Positions 1-8,000 of a stretch of 64,000 nt of DNA are shown in pieces. The position numbers and the translations under genes were made by a program. Positions within the stretch are counted from its first letter, which is position 1, and each line of letters begins with the position of its first letter. This DNA comes from an uncultured Fibrobacterota bacterium (GTDB taxonomy: Bacteria > Fibrobacterota > Chitinivibrionia > Chitinivibrionales > CAYFVL01), in assembly GCA_964419255.1 (NCBI GenBank), contig CAYQOU010000006.1:1167-65166 (forward strand). Reading direction: 5' to 3'. A model generated the notes under the pieces. That model had not been told where the DNA came from. It ran no database searches and saw only the letters and a list, made by a program, of their open reading frames with translations.

Positions 1-1465
1 CATTCGCAAGATTGTCGATGTCTCTGTTGAGTATGACATTTCGTTCAACGATGATATCCTGTAAAGGTGCTAGCCCTTTTTTCTCACGCAGTGTGTTAAT
101 CATCGCAGCCGCGATTGTCGATGTGTCAAACAGGCCGTGCAGATATGTTCCCGCAACGTTCCCCGACTCGTTGGCAACCCCGATAACCGCGGCACTGCCG
201 GACTCATTATTCCTGGTGGTAAAGGGACGGCTGTCCGGTCCATATTCGCTCTGTCCCATATGAATTTCGTAGCCACTTACCTGAACGCCATTACAGCCGG
301 CAAACAGCCCGTGCGGTGTGCTTTGGATCGTAACCTGCGTTTGCTTTGTTGTTTTTTCCTCATGAAACACTGTTTTCATATCAAGCAGCCCCAGTCCCGG
401 TTCTCCATTACACCAACTCTCGCAATGACCGGGATCCAAAATCTCCATTCCCAACATTTGAAATCCGCCGCAGATGCCCAGCACCGCTCCGCCGCTTTCC
501 GCGTAGCATACGAGAGCCTGGGCAAGTCCGGTTTTCTTCAATACCTGAAGATCCCCGATTGTGGATTTGGTTCCGGGAAGAATGATTACATCCGGCCGGC
601 CGATAGTATCAACGGAGTCGCACCACCTGAGCCTGACCCCCGGAACAGCCTCCAGGGCAAGGAAATCAGTATAGTTTGAAATGCGGGGCAGACGGATAAC
701 GCAAATATCAATATCCGACTGAGAATATGCGACTCGATCGAACCGGTGTGTCACTCCGTCTTCTTCGTCAATCGTATGATTTATCCAGGGAACAACACCC
801 AGCACCGAAACGCCGCATATCTGCTGCAACTGGTCAAGTCCCGGCTGGAGCAGGCAGAGGTCTCCGCGAAATTTATTAATGACAAAGGCTTTGACCCGAT
901 CCCGTTCATGCTTATCAAGAAGTTCGATAGTCCCGACCAGCGCCGCAAATACGCCGCCTCTGTCGATGTCACCGACAAGAAGCACCGGAGCATCGGCCAT
1001 TTCAGCCATACCCATGTTGACAATATCGTTTTTTTTCAGATTGATCTCAGCTGGACTTCCAGCCCCCTCGATAACCATGATATCGTAATCCGCGGCAAGT
1101 GATTCATAGCATTTTCGTATGGATTCCCGTAGCTTTTCGCGCGTCTTGTGCCATTGCCGCGCTTTCATGGTGAACGCCGGTCTGCCTTTCAGGACAACTT
1201 GCGAACAGTTATCGGATGATGGTTTGAGAAGCACGGGGTTCATGCGAACATCAGGCTCAACTCCCGCGGCATACGCCTGTACAACCTGCGCACGCCCCAT
1301 CTCAAGTCCGTCACGGGTGACAAAAGAATTGTTTGACATATTCTGTGCCTTAAACGGCGCAACCCGATATCCATCCTGACGAAAGATCCGGCACAGTGCA
1401 GCAGCGATAAGCGATTTGCCGCTGGAGCTGGCCGTTCCCTGTATCATTAAAGATTTCGCACTCAA
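1..1465 (-). CDS. cobQ: Cobyric acid synthase CobQ/CbiP, N-terminal ~490 codons; the C-terminus lies beyond the left window edge. Absent from the ORF track because no stop codon falls inside the window.
   Basis: My own minus-strand translation from TTG 1465 (alternative ATG 1447) gives (M)SAKSLMIQGTASSSGKSLIAAALCRIFRQDGYRVAPFKAQNMSNNSFVT. Further on come VGDIDRGGVFAALVGT, the amidotransferase nucleophile motif AVLGICGGFQMLG, and YEIHMG. A GGAG lies 8 nt upstream of the TTG. Confidence 0.9.
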   Translation of the reverse strand, partial: MSAKSLMIQGTASSSGKSLIAAALCRIFRQDGYRVAPFKAQNMSNNSFVTRDGLEMGRAQVVQAYAAGVEPDVRMNPVLLKPSSDNCSQVVLKGRPAFTMKARQWHKTREKLRESIRKCYESLAADYDIMVIEGAGSPAEINLKKNDIVNMGMAEMADAPVLLVGDIDRGGVFAALVGTIELLDKHERDRVKAFVINKFRGDLCLLQPGLDQLQQICGVSVLGVVPWINHTIDEEDGVTHRFDRVAYSQSDIDICVIRLPRISNYTDFLALEAVPGVRLRWCDSVDTIGRPDVIILPGTKSTIGDLQVLKKTGLAQALVCYAESGGAVLGICGGFQMLGMEILDPGHCESWCNGEPGLGLLDMKTVFHEEKTTKQTQVTIQSTPHGLFAGCNGVQVSGYEIHMGQSEYGPDSRPFTTRNNESGSAAVIGVANESGNVAGTYLHGLFDTSTIAAAMINTLREKKGLAPLQDIIVERNVILNRDIDNLAN

Positions 1466-1508
1466 TTTTCTAACTCCTCGATTTTCTCATCAATCCGTAG
1501 GCTGGCTT

Positions 1509-1976
1509 TCAATATCTCCCTCGAGATGAAATCCCCCTCCTACCATTTCCTGTAAAGGGTATTCCGTCAATGAGAATTTTAACGTATTCTCCTTTCAGAC
1601 CGTTGAGTACGATGTTTGTTTGTGTTCGTGCCGGATCAATATCAACGCCAAGTATTCCGTCGAGCATCTCCATGGCGTTGAAGAAGCCCCCGCTTTCGAT
1701 TTGCCGCTTAGTGGCGACCTCTACATCTTCCACCACCAGATCGGCACTCATCGAAGACTTACTCGCCGTCACCACCATGCGATCAAGATTCATGGCCGGA
1801 TGATCCGATTGTGAAGTATCTTTCGGGAAGGTAACGACATCGGCATCAGAGGGTTCGGTTTCTTTTTCTTTGGAACAGGCCGCTGAAATACAAAACAACG
1901 CAGACAGCAAAACCACTGGCGCGGCTGCACGCAAAACAAGGGACGAACACAAAATGATTGCCTTTCTGAACCTCAA
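1509..1976 (-). CDS. TonB-dependent receptor N-terminal fragment (signal peptide + TonB box + plug only, ~155 aa); possible btuB-like remnant
   Basis: ORF track 1509..2054. Its first 26 codons overlap the riboswitch, so I prefer TTG 1976 as start (MRFRKAIILCSSLVLRAAAPVVLLSALFCISAAC signal). It has a TonB-box/plug pattern: DRMVVTASK...VEVATKRQIE...MLDGILGVDID...IVLNGLKGEYVKILIDGIPF. It stops after the plug; there is no barrel, and only 43 nt separate it from cobQ. Confidence 0.6.
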   Translation of the reverse strand: MRFRKAIILCSSLVLRAAAPVVLLSALFCISAACSKEKETEPSDADVVTFPKDTSQSDHPAMNLDRMVVTASKSSMSADLVVEDVEVATKRQIESGGFFNAMEMLDGILGVDIDPARTQTNIVLNGLKGEYVKILIDGIPFTGNGRRGISSRGRY

Positions 1977-2008
1977 ACCATGAAGGTTCAAAAAAATATC
2001 GAAAACTC

Positions 2009-2172
2009 TTTCAGGTAGGTCTCCTGGCTTTCCCGGTGCTGTCGGCCTTCCCATCCCGCAGAGCGAGACAGTGACCTGGATTGACAGCCCCCGCGCATAC
2101 CATTAGCGCAGTATTGGGATTACAGTGGCAGGACCGCTCCGGATTCTCACCGGTATTCCCTGGCACCTGAAA
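2009..2172 (-). promoter_or_regulatory. Cobalamin (B12) riboswitch
   Basis: The minus strand reads TTTCAGGTGCCAGGGAATACCGGTGAGAATCCGGAGCGGTCCTGCCACTGTAA...GGGAAGGCCGACAGCACCGGGAAAGCCAGGAGACCTACCTGAAA. This matches the conserved core (GGTGCC, AGGGAA, CCGGTGAGAATCCGG, GCCACTG) and the B12 box (AGCCAGGAGACCT). P1 can form between TTTCAGGT and ACCTGAAA. Confidence 0.85.
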
Positions 2173-2499
2173 TGCAAGAAAAATGTAACCTAAAATAGGT
2201 TTATGTGCATAGCATTGGCAAGAGGCACACCGGATTTGCGTGATCATTTGAAAATAATGGTGTTGATGATACCTATTGCTTGAATGAGAGAAATATCTTA
2301 AAGCTACATTCGCAATTTTCACAGACAACTTCACTAAAAAAACGAAGCTGTCGCCACTTTGGACAATAGAAACCTCTTGTCTCCTCCGGCCAAGGCCTTT
2401 TGTTAAGCGGACAGGCAACAATTCCTGCCGAAAGCACGCCTCGTATAATGTATTTTACTTACCGATACTATCTTTGATTTCATGACAATTTGAGGCTCT

Positions 2500-4983
2500 A
2501 TGCTGCTTGCAACACTTCCCTTCTCCGATCCGGTGCTTATTTTCGCCGCTGCTATGCTTCTGATCCTTCTGGCGCCACTTCTTGCCCGCAGGCTTCGTCT
2601 GCCCGATGTCGTGGGGCTGCTTCTGGCCGGTATCATTGTTGGGCCGTATGGATTCGGTATCCTTGCCCGGGATGATACCATCGAGCTTCTCGGGATCGTG
2701 GGCCTGCTTTTTATCATGTTTTCGGCAGGCCTGGAGATCGATCTCAATCAGATGCGGCGAAATAAGAACCATACCGCCGTGTTTGGGCTTATCACCTTCT
2801 CCATCCCCATGATCCTGGGCATCGCCATGGGAACGACGTTGTTTGGGATGAGTGTTCCGGTGGCGATTCTTCTGGCCAGCATGTTTTCATCCCATACCCT
2901 GGTCACCTACTCTATCGTCAATAAGCTGGGACTCACCAAATCGCCCTCGGTCACCACCACTCTGGGGGGTACGATTCTGACCGATACCCTGGCGCTGCTT
3001 ATTCTGGCGATTATCGCCGCCTCCAGCAAGGGGGAGATCAGCCCAAGTTTTTGGATTCAGCTCTTTTCGTACATGGCGATATATGTAACGGCGGTGATTA
3101 TTCTTGTTCCTCTGGTGGCGCGGTGGTTCTTCCGCTCTCTGAATGTGGATGAAAACGTACAGTTTGTGTTTGTGATCGCCCTCACCTTTCTGGTGGCCTA
3201 TCTGGCCCATGTCGCGGGGCTTGAGCCGATCATCGGGGCGTTTCTGGCGGGCCTGACACTCAATGCGTTTATTCCGGGAAAAAGCCTTCTCATGACAAGA
3301 ATTCACTTTGCGGGAGATGCGCTTTTCATTCCATTTTTCCTATTGTCGGTAGGAATGCTTGTCAATATCGAGCTTCTTCTCACCGGGAGTCGGGCATGGT
3401 TGATTTCCATTGGCATGACCGCTGTGGCGCTGGTGTCAAAGTACATTGCTGCCGATCTGACCGGCAGAATCCTCAAATATAACGGAAGCGAAAGATCTTT
3501 GATCTTTGGTCTAAGTGTCAACCAGGCAGCTGCAACCCTGGCGGCGGTGCTTGTAGGCTATGAGCTTGGTCTTTTCACCGAAAACATCATCACCGGCACT
3601 ATTTTGATGATTGCAGTCACCTGTATTGTCGGATCGATCTTTACCGACAAGGCGGGACGAAAGGTCGCCTTACAGGAAGAGCGGGCGGAAGTTTCTCCCG
3701 AGACTTACCAAAACCGAATTCTGATTCCGCTGGGCGGCCGCGAGGGGGCCCGTGAGCTTCTTGATATCGCCTTTCTTCTGCGGGAACGCTCTTCACACGA
3801 GCCGCTTTATCCCATACGGGTCGTGCAGGAGGGAGGGGATACTGACGCACAGGTCGCCTCCGCCGAGAAGATACTTGCGCATACGGTTGTGCGTTCCATG
3901 GCGGCCAACGTTCCGGTGATGCCTATCACCAGTGTCGATATCAATGTCATCTCCGGGACACTTCGTTCGATGAAAGACTACCGTATCTCTACGGTCGTGA
4001 TGGCCTGGAACGGCATACCGGGGCATAAAACACGGGTTTTTGGCCGTAATATCGATGCCATCGTGGAGCGCAGCCGCCAATTGATCATGTTAAACCGTAT
4101 CATAAGACCGGTCAACTCGGTGGGCCGCCTTGTGGTGATTCTTCCTCCCTTTGCACAAAGAGAAGTCGGATTCGGGCAGCTGACCGCTACAATCCGAACC
4201 CTTGCGGACCAGGCGGGCGCATCGATACTGGTTATCTGCGACTGCGATACCCAGGCAGCTACGGAGGATCTGATAAGCAGCGTGCGACCGACTGTGCGTA
4301 TACACTTTGCGTCATACACCTCATGGAAAAGTGTATTGGATGAGGTGCGTAAGCAGCTTCGGCCGAATGACTGGCTTATGCTGATGAGCGTGCGTAAGGG
4401 TGAAATCGCCTGGCAGCCAACGCTTGACAAACTGCCGAAGCAGACCGCGGTCATGTTTCCGGACAATACATTCTCCGTACTCGTATCGCCCACTGAGCGT
4501 TATGTCACACTGAAAAGCCCCGAAACGACCTCCCAGATCTTTACGGTCTTTAAGGAGGAGCGCATTCTTCTGTCGATTGATACATCCGACTGCCGCGAGG
4601 TTATTCACCTGCTTTTGGAGAGATACTACGAGGAAGGCAAAGAGATGCAGCGGCTTGAGGAAGAGCTTTACCTCATGAGCCAACACGAACCGGTGGAGCT
4701 GATTGAGGATGTGGTGCTACTTCACACCTATGTAAAAAGCGTGAATGAGACGGTTACATTTCTGGGCGTATCAAATCAACCGCTTGAGATCCCGCTTGCA
4801 TCCGGTAATCCCCGCGCAGTCATCATACTTCTTGATCCGGAAGGTCAGGAACCGGCCAAACATCTCGAAGCCCTGGCAAACATCGCCAAACTGATCCGCA
4901 TCCCCGGTGTAGTGGAAATATTGGAACAGGTAAATGATTTTGACTCTCTTGTGCTGGAGATTGCCTCCCGGACTGAGGAATAA
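2500..4983 (+). CDS. CPA2-family (Kef/NapA-like) cation:proton antiporter with a long cytoplasmic C-terminus ending in a PTS EIIA type-2 (EIIA-Ntr-like) domain
   Basis: 827-aa ORF. The N-terminal ~390 aa are polytopic with a Na+/H+ exchanger signature (LPDVVGLLLAGIIVGPYGFGIL, FIMFSAGLEIDL). The C-terminal ~145 aa resemble EIIA-2 (DVVLLHTYV with a candidate phospho-His, AVIILLDPEG, LANIAKLI). Confidence 0.8.
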   Translation: MLLATLPFSDPVLIFAAAMLLILLAPLLARRLRLPDVVGLLLAGIIVGPYGFGILARDDTIELLGIVGLLFIMFSAGLEIDLNQMRRNKNHTAVFGLITFSIPMILGIAMGTTLFGMSVPVAILLASMFSSHTLVTYSIVNKLGLTKSPSVTTTLGGTILTDTLALLILAIIAASSKGEISPSFWIQLFSYMAIYVTAVIILVPLVARWFFRSLNVDENVQFVFVIALTFLVAYLAHVAGLEPIIGAFLAGLTLNAFIPGKSLLMTRIHFAGDALFIPFFLLSVGMLVNIELLLTGSRAWLISIGMTAVALVSKYIAADLTGRILKYNGSERSLIFGLSVNQAAATLAAVLVGYELGLFTENIITGTILMIAVTCIVGSIFTDKAGRKVALQEERAEVSPETYQNRILIPLGGREGARELLDIAFLLRERSSHEPLYPIRVVQEGGDTDAQVASAEKILAHTVVRSMAANVPVMPITSVDINVISGTLRSMKDYRISTVVMAWNGIPGHKTRVFGRNIDAIVERSRQLIMLNRIIRPVNSVGRLVVILPPFAQREVGFGQLTATIRTLADQAGASILVICDCDTQAATEDLISSVRPTVRIHFASYTSWKSVLDEVRKQLRPNDWLMLMSVRKGEIAWQPTLDKLPKQTAVMFPDNTFSVLVSPTERYVTLKSPETTSQIFTVFKEERILLSIDTSDCREVIHLLLERYYEEGKEMQRLEEELYLMSQHEPVELIEDVVLLHTYVKSVNETVTFLGVSNQPLEIPLASGNPRAVIILLDPEGQEPAKHLEALANIAKLIRIPGVVEILEQVNDFDSLVLEIASRTEE

Positions 4984-5124
4984 AAATAACTAGCAATGAG
5001 CTAATGTGAGTTATGTGGAAATAAAACGTGAGTAGGCTTCTTTTTCCCAGTATAGAGCACGGAGAGGGCTGAAAATTATAAGCTGAGCTGTTCTATCGCG
5101 GCAAATCACACAGAACCACTCGAT

Positions 5125-7401
5125 TCAGGTATAAAGCATACGATTGGGTCTCTTCATAACCGTCAAATTTAATTCTTCACACAAATCAGCTGCGCTGCCG
5201 CCGCCTATTGAAACGCCATCGATACGGTGCACCGAAACCACACCCATGAGCGCATTGGTCATGAAAACGCAATCGGCTTTTTTCAGTTCATCAAGGGTTA
5301 TGAGGCGCGTTTCTACGGTTTCGCCCCGGGATTGCAGTAGATCGCACACTGCTTTTTCCATCGTTCCGGGAAGTACATGTTCCGAGGCAGGCCGATACCA
5401 GATACCGTCGATTATACAGAGAATATTTGCCGTAGCAGTCTCACTCACTGAGCCGTCATAGTTTAGTATAATCGCCTCATCCGCTCCCTGTTTTTTGGCC
5501 CATTGGTTGGCTATTTTGCTAAACATATAATTCATGGTTTTATGAGAAGACAGATGAGAGTACCTCCTGTTCGGATAAGCGGCACAATACAGCCCGTCCC
5601 TTCCGACAGTTTTCAGACGATGAACGTATGGCCGGGCAGTAACCATCATCGACATGGTATCTGGCTTACCCGATTCTCCGGCCGCTGCAAGTACCTTTAC
5701 AGCAGCGACATCTTCGTACAGTCCGCTACGATCAATGACCTGGCGTATAATATCATTCCAGGTAACATCGGGCGGTTCTGTCCCGAAAAAGTGCTGCCAG
5801 GATTTGTTAAACCGCTGGAGGTGCTGCTCCAGACGGCAGGGCACACCGTTTTGGACACGTATGGTTTCGAATATTCCGTACCCGTAAACAAATCCATCGC
5901 CGGTAACCGGCGCACTGATGCCCTCCAACGGCATGAACTTTCCATTGTACCATGCGATGAGGGAAGGCTTTTTACTTTTCGCGGATACTCCGCTGATTGC
6001 ATGCATCAGTGTCTGCCCCTTATGCAGCGTCTCTTCGAATTCGTCGGCCGGATCCGAATCGTACACGATACCGCCTCCAACAGAATACACAAGTCTACTG
6101 TCCTTGATTGTAGCTGTACGGATAGCGATTGACAGGTCCATTGTATCATGAAAACCAATATAGCCGATAGATCCGGTGTAGATATGACGTCGGACCGGTT
6201 CGAGTTCATCTATAATTTCCATAGATCTGATCTTCGGACAACCGGTAATCGATCCACCCGGAAACGTTGCACGAACCAAATCGACCATATCCTTATCATC
6301 GTCAAGCACACCATCAATGATAGAAACTAGATGGAATACATTTTCGTATGCTTCCACGCGCTTATGCTCACGCACCTTCACCGATCCGGCCGAGCAGACC
6401 TTCCCGATATCATTTCGTAAAAGATCAACAATCATCGACAGCTCGGCATCATCTTTACGGCTGTTTGCAAGCTGGTCCCGGTTGGCGGCGTCCTCCTGTG
6501 GTGTTTTACCCCTGGGTTTAGTACCCTTGATCGGACGGGTTTCAACACGTCTCCCACGAGCTTCAATGAATCGTTCCGGTGAAGTGGAAACGATATGATG
6601 ATCACCGGCATTAATGTAGGCAAAAAAAGGTGCCGGATTTCGTTGAAAGAGGGTAGAAAAAAGTGTGAAAGCATCGCCTTTAAAAGCCGTTTCGAACCGT
6701 TGAGACATGTTTACCTGATACACATGGCCGCGTGCGATATAATCACGTATAGTTTCGATCGAACGCATATATTCATCACGAGCGAAACCGGATTTCAAAC
6801 CGGTGCCGGTCTCGGGAGGTTTTGCTGCGCCCGCTGACACACCTTTTCTCAAGGCATACTCAAAAGATTCTATACGCTGTTGCGCATTACCGGCGGTCTC
6901 AGAAACGTATAGTGTTTTCTTTTTCTCAAAACGATCTTCAACTAAAATTATCGATGGTGCAACCATATACAGATGAGGCAGATGTAAATCCTCTATACTT
7001 GTCCTGGGAAGAACTTCTATGCAATCTTTCAGATCATAGGATAGGTAACCCATTAGACCGGCGCAAATCGGAAGCGGATATTCGGTGTCCGGCAATTTGT
7101 AGTACCGACATATGTATTGCAAAAAATTCAGAGGATCAGCCTCTATAGTCTTTGAGCATCGTTCCGATTCAATTGTTACACGATTCAGATCTGCTTTTAA
7201 TGAAAGCCACGGATGTATGCCCATGATATTGTATCGGGCACAATCGGCAGCTCCACCGCTGATGAGCGTGACGGTTCCGGGAAGGTGAGCAAATCTCGAT
7301 GCGATCTCAAGAAATGAAAGACCACTTTGCAAAGCAATCGAAACCACACGATGCGAAGGTTGGGGTAAAAATTCAAGTATCGACTCAAAAGAAGTAGTCA
7401 T
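5125..7401 (-). CDS. pabB: Aminodeoxychorismate synthase component I (PabB) fused to a class-IV aminotransferase-fold aminodeoxychorismate lyase (PabC)
   Basis: 758 aa. Chorismate-utilising enzyme motifs are present: HVYQVNMSQRF, SPERFIEARGRRVETRPIKGTKPRG, TFPGGSITGCPK. The C-terminal ~270 aa are class-IV like (GDGFVYGYGIFETIRV, VLPGTMEKAV). The start overlaps the pabA stop by 4 nt. Confidence 0.88.
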   Translation of the reverse strand: MTTSFESILEFLPQPSHRVVSIALQSGLSFLEIASRFAHLPGTVTLISGGAADCARYNIMGIHPWLSLKADLNRVTIESERCSKTIEADPLNFLQYICRYYKLPDTEYPLPICAGLMGYLSYDLKDCIEVLPRTSIEDLHLPHLYMVAPSIILVEDRFEKKKTLYVSETAGNAQQRIESFEYALRKGVSAGAAKPPETGTGLKSGFARDEYMRSIETIRDYIARGHVYQVNMSQRFETAFKGDAFTLFSTLFQRNPAPFFAYINAGDHHIVSTSPERFIEARGRRVETRPIKGTKPRGKTPQEDAANRDQLANSRKDDAELSMIVDLLRNDIGKVCSAGSVKVREHKRVEAYENVFHLVSIIDGVLDDDKDMVDLVRATFPGGSITGCPKIRSMEIIDELEPVRRHIYTGSIGYIGFHDTMDLSIAIRTATIKDSRLVYSVGGGIVYDSDPADEFEETLHKGQTLMHAISGVSAKSKKPSLIAWYNGKFMPLEGISAPVTGDGFVYGYGIFETIRVQNGVPCRLEQHLQRFNKSWQHFFGTEPPDVTWNDIIRQVIDRSGLYEDVAAVKVLAAAGESGKPDTMSMMVTARPYVHRLKTVGRDGLYCAAYPNRRYSHLSSHKTMNYMFSKIANQWAKKQGADEAIILNYDGSVSETATANILCIIDGIWYRPASEHVLPGTMEKAVCDLLQSRGETVETRLITLDELKKADCVFMTNALMGVVSVHRIDGVSIGGGSAADLCEELNLTVMKRPNRMLYT

Positions 7402-7988
7402 GTCAATCGCTCCTGAAGCGGACCCATTCTGAGAAAATTCTCGATGATTGTAAATCCATTCTCTGTAAGAAAGCTTTCCGGGTGAAACTGTACGCCATGA
7501 AGCGGAAAGACGCGGTGGGATAAGCCCATAACAACGCGATCCTCTGATCGTGCGGTGACTACCAGTTCTTTACTAACCTTATCAGCTGCAAGCGAGTGGT
7601 AACGGGCAACTATGGTGGGCAACCCGACTCCTTTGAAAAGCCCCGTTTGATTGTGTTCCACAGCACAGGTCTTGCCATGCATAGGCAAAGGTGCTCGAAC
7701 AGTTATTCCACCAAATGCTTCGTTGATACACTGCAAGCCCAGACAGACGCCAAGAATCGGAGTAGATTTGTATAATCGAAGGATTAAGTCAATAGAAATA
7801 CCGGCCGATGAGGGATCTTTGGGTCCCGGGCTGATAACAATATAATCAGGTGATCGTTGAGCTACGTCCTCGACCGAAATCTTATCTGCCCTGAATACAG
7901 ATACATCAATAGGATATGTACGAAACATCTGCACTAGATTAAAAGTGAATGAGTCGTAATTATCTATAACAAGTAGTGACCGATTCAT
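7398..7988 (-). CDS. pabA: Aminodeoxychorismate/anthranilate synthase component II (glutamine amidotransferase)
   Basis: 196 aa: LLVIDNYDSFTFNLVQMF, catalytic Cys in ILGVCLGLQC, and HGVQFHPES. Lies 12 nt downstream of the NRPS stop and overlaps pabBC. Confidence 0.9.
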   Translation of the reverse strand: MNRSLLVIDNYDSFTFNLVQMFRTYPIDVSVFRADKISVEDVAQRSPDYIVISPGPKDPSSAGISIDLILRLYKSTPILGVCLGLQCINEAFGGITVRAPLPMHGKTCAVEHNQTGLFKGVGLPTIVARYHSLAADKVSKELVVTARSEDRVVMGLSHRVFPLHGVQFHPESFLTENGFTIIENFLRMGPLQERLT

Positions 7989-8000
7989 TATCCACTTCCC

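Noticed and set aside
2011-2747. Minus-strand ORFs 2011..2421, 2403..2747 and 2455..2772 upstream of the plug fragment.
   Set aside because: The first overlaps the cobalamin riboswitch and promoter region. The others are antisense to the start of the antiporter gene. No motifs were found.
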